Shown in pieces: positions 30,444 through 39,797 of a DNA stretch of 64,000 nucleotides. Below the pieces are notes generated by a model. The model was not told where the DNA came from. It did not search any database and saw nothing but the letters and a program-made list of their open reading frames with translations. The translations under genes were made by a program, and so were the position numbers. This stretch comes from Acidobacteriota bacterium. GTDB taxonomy: Bacteria > Acidobacteriota > UBA890 > WLXD01. The stretch spans positions 5,161,691 to 5,225,690 of the forward strand of contig CBDFKD010000002.1 of the NCBI GenBank assembly GCA_965248695.1. Reading direction: 5' to 3'. Within the stretch, counting starts at the first letter, position 1. Every line of letters begins with the position of its first letter.

Positions 30444-31665
30444 CGGGCAGCATGAAGGCACGCTTCAGATCGACACGCCGCACGGGTTTGAGCCGCTGCT
30501 CAAGGAGCGCGCACGGTACCGGGGTGCGTACGGTGGGCGAGGATCAGGCAAGTCATGGTTTTTCGCCTCGCTGCTGGTGCAACGATGCCTAGAGGATCCC
30601 AACACCCGAGCCCTGTGCGTGCGCGAGGTGCAACGGTCGCTGGATCAGTCCGTGAAGCGGCTGCTAGAGGACACCATCGGAAGGCTCGGGGTGTCAGAGC
30701 ACTTCCGCATCCTCAACACGCATATCGAGACCGGCGCCAACGGCCGGATCATCTTTCACGGGATGCAGAACCATACGGCCGAGTCGATCAAGTCGCTGGA
30801 GGGGTATGGGATCGCGTGGGTGGAGGAGGCGCAGTCGCTATCAGCCAAGTCGCTAGAGCTGTTGCGCCCGACGGTGCGCGCCACCGGCTCGGAGCTGTGG
30901 TTTTCGTGGAACCCCAACAGTCCCACCGACCCGGTGGATGCGCTGCTCCGCGGCACCAATGCACCGCCCGGCGCGGTGGTGGTGGAGGCCAACTACGCGG
31001 ACAACCCCTGGTTCCCAGACGTGTTGGCCCAGGAGATGCAGTGGGACCGGGCGCGCGACCCGGACAAGTACGCCCACGTCTGGCTGGGGGAGTACGTGGG
31101 CCGGTCAGAAGCGCGAGTGTTCGACAACTGGAGCGTCGAGCAGTTCGCCGATCCGCCCGAAGGCACAGCGTTGTACTTCGGAGCCGACTGGGGTTTCTCA
31201 GTCGACCCGACGGTGCTGGTGCGCTGCTGGATCGATGGGCGGAAGTTGTACGTGGATCGGGAGGCGTACCAAGTGGGCTGCGAGATCGACCGCACGGCGG
31301 AGCTATTCGACTCCATCGACAACGGCCAGGCACGCGCCTGGCCGATCATCGCCGATTCCGCTCGTCCGGAGACGATCGCGTATCTGCAGCGACACGGGTA
31401 CCCGCGCATCGCCAAAGCGCGCAAGGGGCCGGGAAGCGTGGAAGAAGGTATCGAGTTTCTGCGCAGCTACGACATCGTCGTGCATCCCCGCTGCCACCAC
31501 ATGATCCAGGAGTTGACGTTGTACAGCTACAAGACGGATCGGCGCACGGGACAAGTGATCCCGGTGCTACAGGACACCCACAACCACGTCATCGACGCGC
31601 TGCGCTACGCGGTGGAGCGGGTGCGGAGAGTCGCGGTGAGGCAGCGACAGGTGGCCTGGGGGTGA
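30433..31665 (+). CDS. Phage terminase large subunit
   Basis: Walker A GGRGSGKS; nuclease-domain Asp residues; about 410 aa; start could also be 30373. Confidence 0.85.
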   Translation: MRHDGQHEGTLQIDTPHGFEPLLKERARYRGAYGGRGSGKSWFFASLLVQRCLEDPNTRALCVREVQRSLDQSVKRLLEDTIGRLGVSEHFRILNTHIETGANGRIIFHGMQNHTAESIKSLEGYGIAWVEEAQSLSAKSLELLRPTVRATGSELWFSWNPNSPTDPVDALLRGTNAPPGAVVVEANYADNPWFPDVLAQEMQWDRARDPDKYAHVWLGEYVGRSEARVFDNWSVEQFADPPEGTALYFGADWGFSVDPTVLVRCWIDGRKLYVDREAYQVGCEIDRTAELFDSIDNGQARAWPIIADSARPETIAYLQRHGYPRIAKARKGPGSVEEGIEFLRSYDIVVHPRCHHMIQELTLYSYKTDRRTGQVIPVLQDTHNHVIDALRYAVERVRRVAVRQRQVAWG

Positions 31666-32006
31666 GGAGACGTGAGGAGACGCGCGCGCAGCAGCGAACC
31701 GATCTGCATTCGGTCGTTTCGTTGGTGCGCACGCCACCCCGAACCGGGGCGGCTCCCCGGAGCGATTTCATACAAGCACTCCAACGACCCTTGCATACCT
31801 TCCGAAGGGCAGCGTGGAGCCAACGTGCGGGTGGGACCGTGCAGGGCCACGACTGTCGCAGTAGGGACCGGGGGCGGATTGTTGTCTTCGACCCGAAGCC
31901 AGCCATACGGGGGCGTCCGCAAAAGCCACCTCCCCCACTAAGGACCAGGGGGAGTTGTCGGGTGTGCAAGTAGTAGTTAGAGGAACATATATCAGTAGAT
32001 CTCGTC

Positions 32007-32018
32007 CGCTAGGTCCGG
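32007..32018. repeat. G12 homopolymer tract in phage intergenic region, inside a CCGGGGG…CCCCCGG hairpin
   Basis: Directly read: 12 consecutive G, 54 nt upstream of portal start. Confidence 0.9.
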
Positions 32019-32071
32019 GGGGGGGGGGAAAGGCCCCCGGTATGCGCGAGAGCTGAAAAAGGGGTGGGACG

Positions 32072-33487
32072 ATGCCAGTAGATACCGCTTCCGATACGTA
32101 TGAGGCGTTCGTCACCAAGTGGCAGCGGGTGCGTCATTGCTACGAAGGCTCTGACGCAGTCAAGGAGCAGGGGGCTGGATACCTGCCCCCGCTAGCGAGC
32201 CACGGACGCGAGCCAGCCAAGTACGAGGCTTACAAGCAACGAGCGCTGTTTTACAACGCCACCGGACGCACGGTGGATGGTTTGGCGGGACTGATCTTTC
32301 AGAAAGAGCCAACGCTTCTGCTGCCCGCAAGCATCCAGGATCACGATAGGGACGTGACGCTAGGGGGCGAGTCGGCCGAGACGTTCGCACTCCAAGCTAC
32401 CCGCGAGGTGCTGCTGACGGGTCGCTACGGAATCCTGGTGGAGATGGGCTCCGAACAGGTAGCGGGTAAGCGACCCTACTGGTGTGGGTATCGGGCCGAG
32501 GACATCGTGTCGTGGCGCACGCAGCGTCTGGGTGGCGATGAGATCACTACACGGGTGGTGCTCAGAGAGGTAGCGCGGGAGCCCGATGAGCGAGACGAGT
32601 TCGTCACGCGGCAAATCGATCAGTACCGGGTGCTGCGGCTACGAGACGGGGCATATACGCAAACGGTGTATCGGAAAGCCTCGAAATCCTCCTCCAAGTA
32701 CGAACCATGGACACCGCCGGGGCAGCAGGAGCCGGAAGTGGTGGCGATACGGCGCGGCGAGGCGCTGCCGTTCATTCCCTTCGTGTTCGTGTCTCCAAAC
32801 TCCACGTCGGCTCGGGTGGACAAGCCCCCCCTGCTGGACCTGGTGGATGTGAACCTGTCGCACTACCGGACGATGGCGGACCTAGAGCACGGGCGACACT
32901 TCACGGCACTGCCTACCCCGTGGGTAGCCGGGATCAAGGACGAGGAGTCAGGGCGGTTGGAGATCGGCTCGGGCACAGCGTGGATGCTGGAGCCCACCGG
33001 TAAGGCGGGGATGCTGGAGTTCACCGGCCAGGGGTTAGGGGCGTTGGACAAGGCATCGGAGGAAAAGCGCCTCATGATGGCGACGCTGGGTGCGCGGTTG
33101 TTGGAAGAGCAGCCGCGAGCGGCGGAGACCGCCACGGCGGTAGGGATGCGTCACGCTGGGGCCCACGCCACGCTGCGAACGGTGGCGCAGGCGATCGAGA
33201 GTGCCCTGGGTCAGGCGTGGCGGTATCACGCCTGGTGGATGGGTACGGAAGCCAAGCCAAGCGACGTGGAGGTTGCCTACGAGCTGAACAAGGACTTCGT
33301 GGCGGTGCCGATGAGGGCCGACATGTTGCGCTCCTTGGTGTTGGCGTTGCAGGCGGACGCGGTGTCGTTTGAGACCTTCTGGGCGGCGATGCAGAAGGGC
33401 GAGCTGGCGCGGCCGGGGGTGAGTGCGGAGGAGGAACAAGCGGAGATCGGGCGTCAGGGACCGGCGCTCGTGGGAGAGGTGGCGTGA
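32072..33487 (+). CDS. Phage portal protein (DUF4055-type)
   Basis: 471 aa immediately after terminase; composition/length typical of portal. Confidence 0.7.
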   Translation: MPVDTASDTYEAFVTKWQRVRHCYEGSDAVKEQGAGYLPPLASHGREPAKYEAYKQRALFYNATGRTVDGLAGLIFQKEPTLLLPASIQDHDRDVTLGGESAETFALQATREVLLTGRYGILVEMGSEQVAGKRPYWCGYRAEDIVSWRTQRLGGDEITTRVVLREVAREPDERDEFVTRQIDQYRVLRLRDGAYTQTVYRKASKSSSKYEPWTPPGQQEPEVVAIRRGEALPFIPFVFVSPNSTSARVDKPPLLDLVDVNLSHYRTMADLEHGRHFTALPTPWVAGIKDEESGRLEIGSGTAWMLEPTGKAGMLEFTGQGLGALDKASEEKRLMMATLGARLLEEQPRAAETATAVGMRHAGAHATLRTVAQAIESALGQAWRYHAWWMGTEAKPSDVEVAYELNKDFVAVPMRADMLRSLVLALQADAVSFETFWAAMQKGELARPGVSAEEEQAEIGRQGPALVGEVA

Positions 33488-33786
33488 GCAGGGTTCTAAG
33501 AGTTGACGGGATATCGGTAGCCGTTGAGGAGGTGCCTCGTATCCATATAACCGAGGAGGCTCACGGCGAGTTTATTAGCCAGCCGACGCCGCACATTCGG
33601 CTAGCAGAGGACTTGCCGGACGGTGAATGGAAGCACTATGTGCTGCTGCATGAGTGGGTGCATGCGGTGTTATTCGTGCGGGGGCTGAGCTCGGTTCTCG
33701 AAGAGCATCAAGAACTCGAAGAGTTGGTATGCAACGCCATTGCATCCGAGATGGTCAAGGGGGGGTTATTTCCCGATGCCACGTAG
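33484..33786 (+). CDS. Small HExxH-motif protein (possible minimal metallopeptidase)
   Basis: LLHEWVHAV motif; 100 aa; overlaps portal stop. Confidence 0.45.
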   Translation: MSRVLRVDGISVAVEEVPRIHITEEAHGEFISQPTPHIRLAEDLPDGEWKHYVLLHEWVHAVLFVRGLSSVLEEHQELEELVCNAIASEMVKGGLFPDAT

Positions 33787-34054
33787 AGAGCCTGCGTATC
33801 GGGAGCTTCATGCGGCCGCCGACAGGATCGAGCCGCGCCTGGAGCGGGCGTTCGTACGGGCCATGGAGCGCTTGCGGGATCAGGTGTCGATCAACGAGCT
33901 AGCGCTAGCGCTGTCGGCCGGCGATGCGAAGGGGGCGCTGCGGCGGGTGCCGGTGGGTGAGGTTCGGGAGGCGTTGGAGGGAGTGGGAGACAGCGTGCAG
34001 GAGGCGTTCATGCGCGGTGGAAGACTCGGGGCGAAGCGAATCAATGAGCTCTAG
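33776..34054 (+). CDS. Hypothetical phage protein
   Basis: Shares 40-bp direct repeat (ERAFVRAMERLR) with next gene. Confidence 0.3.
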   Translation: MPRREPAYRELHAAADRIEPRLERAFVRAMERLRDQVSINELALALSAGDAKGALRRVPVGEVREALEGVGDSVQEAFMRGGRLGAKRINEL

Positions 34055-34055
34055 G

Positions 34056-34370
34056 ATGGAGCGGGCGTTCGTACGGGCCATGGAGCGCTTGCGGGAGGGT
34101 CTGTACGACGAGGCTGGTGCCGAGAGCTTGATGGCGCCTGTTCTGGTGGAGTGGCACGACTCGTACGGCTGTTCTGCCAGTTGGCAGCCATTGGATATGA
34201 TCGAGCCTGCGGCTCTCGTGTACCGGTCTGTAGGGTGGTTGGTACACGAAGACGATCAGTGTCTCGTGGTTGTGCCCCACCTGACGGACCAGACTGAGGG
34301 AGTTGCCCGCCAGGGGTGCGGCGACATGACGATTCCACGCTGCGCGGTGCTACGCGCGTCCAACGCCTAA
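34056..34370 (+). CDS. Hypothetical phage protein
   Basis: Starts MERAFVRAMERLREG; 104 aa. Confidence 0.3.
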   Translation: MERAFVRAMERLREGLYDEAGAESLMAPVLVEWHDSYGCSASWQPLDMIEPAALVYRSVGWLVHEDDQCLVVVPHLTDQTEGVARQGCGDMTIPRCAVLRASNA

Positions 34371-34384
34371 CGAGCCGGTAAGCG

Positions 34385-34966
34385 ATGGCCACGACCAGCA
34401 CTTCCTTCCGGTTCGACGCCACGCTCCCGGCAGCACAGCGCGCCGCTGCCCGCCATGCGGCACGGCTCGTCAAGGGAGTCTCAGAGGAGACCCGTCGGGG
34501 TATTCGTGCAGCCATCGTGCGCGCCATCCGCGAGGGGCAGCCTCCGTTCGAGGCGGCACGCGCGATCCAACCGATGATCGGACTGAACGCGCAACAGGTC
34601 CAAGCGGCGCTGAATTACCGCGCCGAGCTGATCGACCAGGGGCTGACGCTGCAGTTTGTCGACCGCAAGGTGGACCGCTACGTGCAGAAGAAGCTTCGGG
34701 AGCGAGCCCGAACGATCGCCCGCACCGAGATCATGAACGCGCTCAATGCGGGGCAGGAAGAATCCTGGCGTCAGGCGCAGCGGGCGGGGCTGTTGCCCAA
34801 GGGGCAGAAGAAAGTATGGATCGTCACGCCGGATGATCGGCTCTGCCCGATTTGTGAGCCGATGCGTGACGCCGTGGCGGAGGTTGGTAAGCCGTTTCCG
34901 ATTCCGGGGCCACCGGCGCATCCTCGGTGCCGGTGCGCGGTGGGGATCGCTACAGACGGCCGCTAG
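34385..34966 (+). CDS. Phage head morphogenesis protein (SPP1 gp7 / Mu F-like)
   Basis: C-terminal HPRCRC motif typical of this family. Confidence 0.7.
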   Translation: MATTSTSFRFDATLPAAQRAAARHAARLVKGVSEETRRGIRAAIVRAIREGQPPFEAARAIQPMIGLNAQQVQAALNYRAELIDQGLTLQFVDRKVDRYVQKKLRERARTIARTEIMNALNAGQEESWRQAQRAGLLPKGQKKVWIVTPDDRLCPICEPMRDAVAEVGKPFPIPGPPAHPRCRCAVGIATDGR

Positions 34967-35214
34967 AGCACGTTAATCGCGTGTAGCACGCAGTCTCCCC
35001 TGATACCACCAGATCGGGGAGGAGAAACGATCTTCGCCACAGCAGCAATCTCCATAGCGAAGACATAGCTATAGAAGAACAAAGTTAGTCACTTTTGCGC
35101 AAGGGGGGTGTTGACACCGCAACCAGGATCGTCGTATTGATTCAAGGAGACGGATTCAGACGCAACGGACCGTAGCCGGGGGGCCACGGTCGGTCGCGCT
35201 GACAGGGTGGGAGC

Positions 35215-35976
35215 ATGCAAGTCGTCGTTGAAGATCTGGGTGCCGTTGCCGAAGCACTTCGCGACGAGTACGTGGAGCGTGACGGTAAGTACGTACTGAA
35301 GCTCGAAGGCGATGTGCCGGGGATGGTGGTGGCCTCGGAGCTGGAGGAGCAGAAGAAGGCCACGGCGCATTTCCGGGATAGCAACGTTGGTCTGAACAGC
35401 AAGATCGGTGATTTGACCACGAGGCTCGATGAGATCTCCGGTCTTGAGGACAAGTACACGAGCGCCGTCACGGAGCTTGAGACGTTGAAGAAGACGGCGC
35501 CCAAGAAGGACGCGGAGATGCAAGCGATCCAGGCGCAGCTAGAGTCATTGGCAAAAAAGCTCGATGAGTCCAATGCGCGCGAGGTGGCGGCACGGCAGCA
35601 AGCGGCACGGAAGGATCTTGAGTCGCAGCTGCGAACCGTGGGATCCAAGCTCGGAGTACGTGACGAGGCGTGGGAAGACTTTTTGTCTCGTGGAACAGCG
35701 GTCTTCCAGCTGACCGAAGAGGACGGCAAGGTCGTTGCCAAGCGTGGCGAGGAGCCGTTGTTTTCCGAAATCAACCCGGCGCTGCCGCTCACGATGCAAG
35801 AGTGGGGCGAGAGGCTACAGCGACAAGCGGCGCATCTGTTCAAGGAATCCACCGGAGGTGGAGCACGCCCGAGCGATACGAGCGGTTCCACAACGGGCAT
35901 GGCACGTATGGTTTCGGAAGATCAGTTCGGGGGGAGCTTGGAGGACATTGCGGCCGGCAAGGCCGTAGTACAGTAG
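35215..35976 (+). CDS. Phage scaffolding protein
   Basis: Coiled-coil-rich 253 aa immediately upstream of coat gene. Confidence 0.6.
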   Translation: MQVVVEDLGAVAEALRDEYVERDGKYVLKLEGDVPGMVVASELEEQKKATAHFRDSNVGLNSKIGDLTTRLDEISGLEDKYTSAVTELETLKKTAPKKDAEMQAIQAQLESLAKKLDESNAREVAARQQAARKDLESQLRTVGSKLGVRDEAWEDFLSRGTAVFQLTEEDGKVVAKRGEEPLFSEINPALPLTMQEWGERLQRQAAHLFKESTGGGARPSDTSGSTTGMARMVSEDQFGGSLEDIAAGKAVVQ

Positions 35977-35990
35977 AGGACAGCAGTACC

Positions 35991-36280
35991 GAGCGTGACG
36001 TAGCACGCCATTAGGCTACGGCGGCTAACAGGGTCTCTTTAGATCCAGGGGGCCGCGCCCCGGTGGGGACGAATCGGAAGTAACCGAGCGTGACGCGGTG
36101 CGGTACGAAGCCGCGGCGGCTGGTGGATCTTGAAGGATCCAAGGGCCGTGCCCCGGTGGGGACGAATTCGGTAGTACTAAGACATATTCTGAGAGCGTGA
36201 CGTGGCACGCCATTAGGTCACGGCGGCTAACAGGGTCTCTTCAGATCCAGGGGGCCGCGCCCCGGTGGGGACGAATCCGC
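35991..36280. repeat. Three tandem about 100-bp repeat units, each with two hairpins, between scaffold and coat genes
   Basis: Units start at 35991, 36087, 36193; each ends ccagggggccgcgccccggtggggacgaat; units 1 and 3 near-identical, unit 2 diverged but hairpin-preserving. Confidence 0.8.
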
Positions 36281-36309
36281 AACTTCTTTTGTGGAGGAGT
36301 GCCCCGACA

Positions 36310-37425
36310 GTGGCCAATACCAACACCACCACGCATATCGTTGACCGTCTGTTGGCACAGGGTCTGTTGGCTCTGCGCGAGATGGTGGTCATGCCGCGGT
36401 TCGTCAACCGCGCCTACGAAAACGTTCCGGGCGATCAGTACTCGACGATCGATGTACCGATCCCCTCGGCGATCGCCGCAACCGCGGTAACGCCTTCCAA
36501 CACGCCGCCCGACGATGCCGGGATCGCGCCGACGAAGGTGTCGCTCGTACTGGATCAGTGGTACGAGGCGCCGTTTTTCCTCAACGACAAGGAAATGCTG
36601 GAGGTGCAGTCGGGAACGATCCCGATGCAAGCCTCCGAGGCGATCAAGGCGCTGGCGAACAACATCGACAACGCCATCCTTGCCAAGTACAAGGACATCT
36701 ACGGGTACGCCGGCACGGCGGGCACCACGCCGTTTACGAGCGACCTGTCGGCGTTCGTGAACGCCCGCAAGGTGCTCAACGAACAGCTCGCGCCACTGGA
36801 TCCACGCTTTTGCGTGATCGATCCGGATGCAGAGGCGAACGCGCTGAACCTGCGCGCCTTCCAGGACGCCAGTTACCGGGGTGACCGTCAGGGTATCTTG
36901 CGTGGTGAGATCGGCGAGAAGCTCGGCTCCATGTGGGCGATGGACCAGAACGTTCCAACGCATACCACGGGCGGCGGCTCAGGCTGGCTGGTGAACCAGT
37001 CGGACCATGTGGTGGGCAACGGAACCGTGACGATCGATACCGGCTCGGGCGATCCCGCCGAGGGCGACATCTTCACGGTGGCCGGTGACACGCAGACCTA
37101 CGTCGTGGAGGCCTACGGGAGCAACGTCATCACCTACGCACCGGCGTCGAAGGTTGCCTGGGCCGACGATGCGGCGCTGACGTTCAAGGGCAGCCACACG
37201 GTGAACCTGGCGTTTCACCGTGACGCCTTCGCGTTGGCCATGCGGCCGTTCCAGGGAGCCGACCCGATGGGAGTCGGGACGTTCCGCGCGGCGGTCGACC
37301 CGGTATCGGGCTTGGCGCTGCGACTGGAAGTGTCGCGTCAGCACAAGAGGACTCGCTTCTCCTACGACTCCCTCTACGGTGTGCAGACGGTTCGCCCGGA
37401 GCTGGCGGTGCGCGTCGCAGGCTAA
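36310..37425 (+). CDS. Major capsid protein (P22 coat-like)
   Basis: GTG start with GGAGGAG RBS; P22-coat-like N-terminal pattern (…VVMPRFVNRAYENVPGDQYSTIDVPIP…). Confidence 0.75.
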   Translation: MANTNTTTHIVDRLLAQGLLALREMVVMPRFVNRAYENVPGDQYSTIDVPIPSAIAATAVTPSNTPPDDAGIAPTKVSLVLDQWYEAPFFLNDKEMLEVQSGTIPMQASEAIKALANNIDNAILAKYKDIYGYAGTAGTTPFTSDLSAFVNARKVLNEQLAPLDPRFCVIDPDAEANALNLRAFQDASYRGDRQGILRGEIGEKLGSMWAMDQNVPTHTTGGGSGWLVNQSDHVVGNGTVTIDTGSGDPAEGDIFTVAGDTQTYVVEAYGSNVITYAPASKVAWADDAALTFKGSHTVNLAFHRDAFALAMRPFQGADPMGVGTFRAAVDPVSGLALRLEVSRQHKRTRFSYDSLYGVQTVRPELAVRVAG

Positions 37426-37447
37426 TCGGCTGGGTCCACAATGATGA

Positions 37448-37484
37448 GGCTCGGTCGCGCTGGCTGCGTGCTCGCGACCGAGCC
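37448..37484 (+). terminator. Strong 12-bp-stem hairpin directly after coat gene (terminator/attenuator-like, no U tract)
   Basis: ggctcggtcgcg…cgcgaccgagcc perfect inverted repeat. Confidence 0.5.
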
Positions 37485-37506
37485 CACACCCCCTAGGTGA
37501 CAAAGC

Positions 37507-37683
37507 GATGGCTGCAATACCGACTCAGAAAGTCCGTCGCAAAAGCGATGGGGCGGAGTGCGTGATCAATCGAGAAGAGTTCAACGAACACGACTACGAG
37601 GAGATAGCCAAGCCGAAGGCTAGAGGCGGTGGCAAGCCGAAGTCCAAGGCGCAGCCTACGAAAAGGCGCAAGGGGAACTGATG
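37507..37683 (+). CDS. Small basic protein (58 aa)
   Basis: ORF below 60-aa track cutoff; ATGA overlap with next gene. Confidence 0.3.
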
Positions 37684-38220
37684 GCGACCTCGGTACTGAA
37701 TGCGACCGTCGGCGGGGCTTGGAGCAACACCTACGCCACGCTGGGGGAGGCCGAGCAGTACCACGAGGACCGGGTCGCGTCCGGTACGGCGTGGACAGCC
37801 ACGAGCACCGAGGAGGATGCCAAGACCAAGGCGCTGTTGATGGCGACGCTGCTGCTGGACCGAGCCTTTGAGTGGAGCGGGCACGCGGTGGATCGGAACC
37901 AGGCGCTGCAATGGCCCCGCACGGGGATGCTCAAGCCGACCGGGTTTGAGCACGTCGCCTCCACCGAGATCCCGGTGCAGATCAAGAACGCGCAGGCGGA
38001 ATACGCCCGGCAACTGCTGGCCGATCTCGGCCGCACGGATGATTCCGATATCGAGACCAAAGGCATCACCAGGATCAAGGCAGGGCCGGTGGAGTTGGAG
38101 TTCAAAGACTCCGTGTTTGCCAAGGCGGTGCCGGACCTGGTGGTGCTGCTGCTCCCGGAGCACTGGTACTACGCGGTACGGGGCCGTGCCTCCGGTACGC
38201 GACAGCTGGTGAGGGCGTAG
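37681..38220 (+). CDS. Head-tail connector (gp6-like)
   Basis: ATLGEAEQYH…DAKTKALLMATLLLDRAFEW pattern. Confidence 0.6.
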   Translation: MATSVLNATVGGAWSNTYATLGEAEQYHEDRVASGTAWTATSTEEDAKTKALLMATLLLDRAFEWSGHAVDRNQALQWPRTGMLKPTGFEHVASTEIPVQIKNAQAEYARQLLADLGRTDDSDIETKGITRIKAGPVELEFKDSVFAKAVPDLVVLLLPEHWYYAVRGRASGTRQLVRA

Positions 38221-38224
38221 CGAT

Positions 38225-38581
38225 ATGGGCTTGGAGAGTCTCGTTGCCTCCGGTGTGGCGCTGGCCAACAGCCTCACGAGCGACCTGCAGCACGACGTGG
38301 TCCACGAAGCGTATGAAGGCCCCAATGACCAGGGGGCACCGACGTATGGCTCAGCGGTACAGCGGCCAGCGCTCGTGGAGCACAGGCAGCGACAGGTGCG
38401 CGGCGACGAGGGCAACGTGGTGATGGCGCGGGCCAAGGTGAGCTTTCTGCACCCGGTGCGGATCGGTCCGTTGGATCGGATCACGCTACCGGACGGCACG
38501 ACGGGGCCGATCCTGGATATCGAGGGGATGGTGAATGGCTCCACCGGGGCACCCTACATGCTCGAGGTGTGGCTGGGATGA
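38225..38581 (+). CDS. Head closure/head-tail joining protein
   Basis: Position and size in siphovirus head-tail module. Confidence 0.45.
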   Translation: MGLESLVASGVALANSLTSDLQHDVVHEAYEGPNDQGAPTYGSAVQRPALVEHRQRQVRGDEGNVVMARAKVSFLHPVRIGPLDRITLPDGTTGPILDIEGMVNGSTGAPYMLEVWLG

Positions 38582-38949
38582 GCGTACGGATCGAGGGGTT
38601 GTCTGAGCTGAGGCGCAAGCTGGGGGCCGTAACGGCTCGCATGCCGAGCAAGATCGAGGCGGCGTTGCACCGGGAGGCTCAAAAGATCGCCACCAAGAGC
38701 CGTCGGCGAACCCCGGTGGATACCGGCGCACTACGTGCCAGCCACAACGTGGAGGCGCCCAGGCGGTCGGGTCGGGATGTATCGGTGCGGATCGGTGTTG
38801 GGGGGCCGGCGGTGAGCTACGCACACCGCGTACACGAGGACCTAGAGGCGCGCCACACGGTGGGCGAGGCGAAGTTTCTGGAGAACTCCGTGACCGAGGC
38901 GATTCCAGGGATGGCGGCGCGGATCGGCAAGGGGTTGTTGGAGCGCTGA
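38569..38949 (+). CDS. HK97 gp10-family protein
   Basis: IATKSRRRTPVDTGALRAS…YAHRVHE pattern. Confidence 0.55.
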   Translation: MAGMSVRIEGLSELRRKLGAVTARMPSKIEAALHREAQKIATKSRRRTPVDTGALRASHNVEAPRRSGRDVSVRIGVGGPAVSYAHRVHEDLEARHTVGEAKFLENSVTEAIPGMAARIGKGLLER

Positions 38950-39341
38950 TGGCCTTTCTGCAGGAGGTGAAGAGCTACTTGGTCACCGAGAGCATCACGG
39001 ATCCGATCTATAGGGGAACGATGCCGGCGACGCCGGATACGGCGGTGGCGCTGTACCAGTACCCCGGGGAGGCGCCGTCGCGGGGGTTCGGGGTCACCGG
39101 CGGGGTGGCCTACGAGCGGCCGCGGCTGCAAGTCGTGGTGCGCGGTGCACCGCACGACCACGACACGCCGCTGGCCACCGCCACGAGTATCCGTGACGCG
39201 CTGGTGAAGGTTCAGGGCACCGAGCTGTCCGGAACGCTGTACCACTGGATCAGCCCTCTACAAGACCCGGGACTGTTCAAGCGCGACGAAAAAGAGCGCG
39301 TCTTGATCGTCTTTAACTGCCGCACGGAGAAGCACCGATGA
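38949..39341 (+). CDS. Tail terminator/tail completion-like protein
   Basis: Position before major tail gene. Confidence 0.4.
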   Translation: MAFLQEVKSYLVTESITDPIYRGTMPATPDTAVALYQYPGEAPSRGFGVTGGVAYERPRLQVVVRGAPHDHDTPLATATSIRDALVKVQGTELSGTLYHWISPLQDPGLFKRDEKERVLIVFNCRTEKHR

Positions 39342-39526
39342 CCGAAGCGGGGCCTGAAACAGATGCTCACAGCAGTCGGCTCGTGGATGCTCGCGGCAAC
39401 GCGATCCCCACTCATTTAGATGATGGATCGTGCCCGCAATGCGGGGCCTCGGAGGACAGGCAGCAGAAAGCCTTCGGAGGTACGAGCTGGTGTTTGAAGT
39501 GCGGGCATAACTACAGGAGCGACTGA
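39338..39526 (+). CDS. Small zinc-ribbon protein
   Basis: CPQC…CLKC. Confidence 0.4.
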   Translation: MTEAGPETDAHSSRLVDARGNAIPTHLDDGSCPQCGASEDRQQKAFGGTSWCLKCGHNYRSD

Positions 39527-39530
39527 TCTC

Positions 39531-39797
39531 ATGGCTACCCAAAAGCTGCGCGTGACGAACCGTCGCGGCGCCATCACGTATCCCATCGATCCGAAGGCCG
39601 TGCAGGCGATCGCTAAGGCGGGTGGGCTATCGCGCATGGGCGCCAAACAGCGCGCCGGGATCGAGCTTAGGACCGTCGAGGCTGGGGGCGACTGCTCCGA
39701 TATGCCCAAGAAGCTGCAACAGGTTCAGATCCAGTCCGGCAACGTCGAGATCGTCACGCCGCGCTTCAAGGCGAAGTCTCAACGGGGAGGTAAGTAA
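39531..39797 (+). CDS. Hypothetical phage protein
   Basis: 88 aa. Confidence 0.35.
   Translation: MATQKLRVTNRRGAITYPIDPKAVQAIAKAGGLSRMGAKQRAGIELRTVEAGGDCSDMPKKLQQVQIQSGNVEIVTPRFKAKSQRGGK

Noticed and set aside
30555-31973. 472-aa ORF overlapping terminase large subunit in another frame
   Set aside because: Arg/Gly/Pro-rich low-complexity translation typical of off-frame high-GC ORFs; the terminase frame has clear motifs.
35991-36280. Tandem repeats as a CRISPR array
   Set aside because: Only three units, unequal length, no regular repeat-spacer structure and no cas genes.
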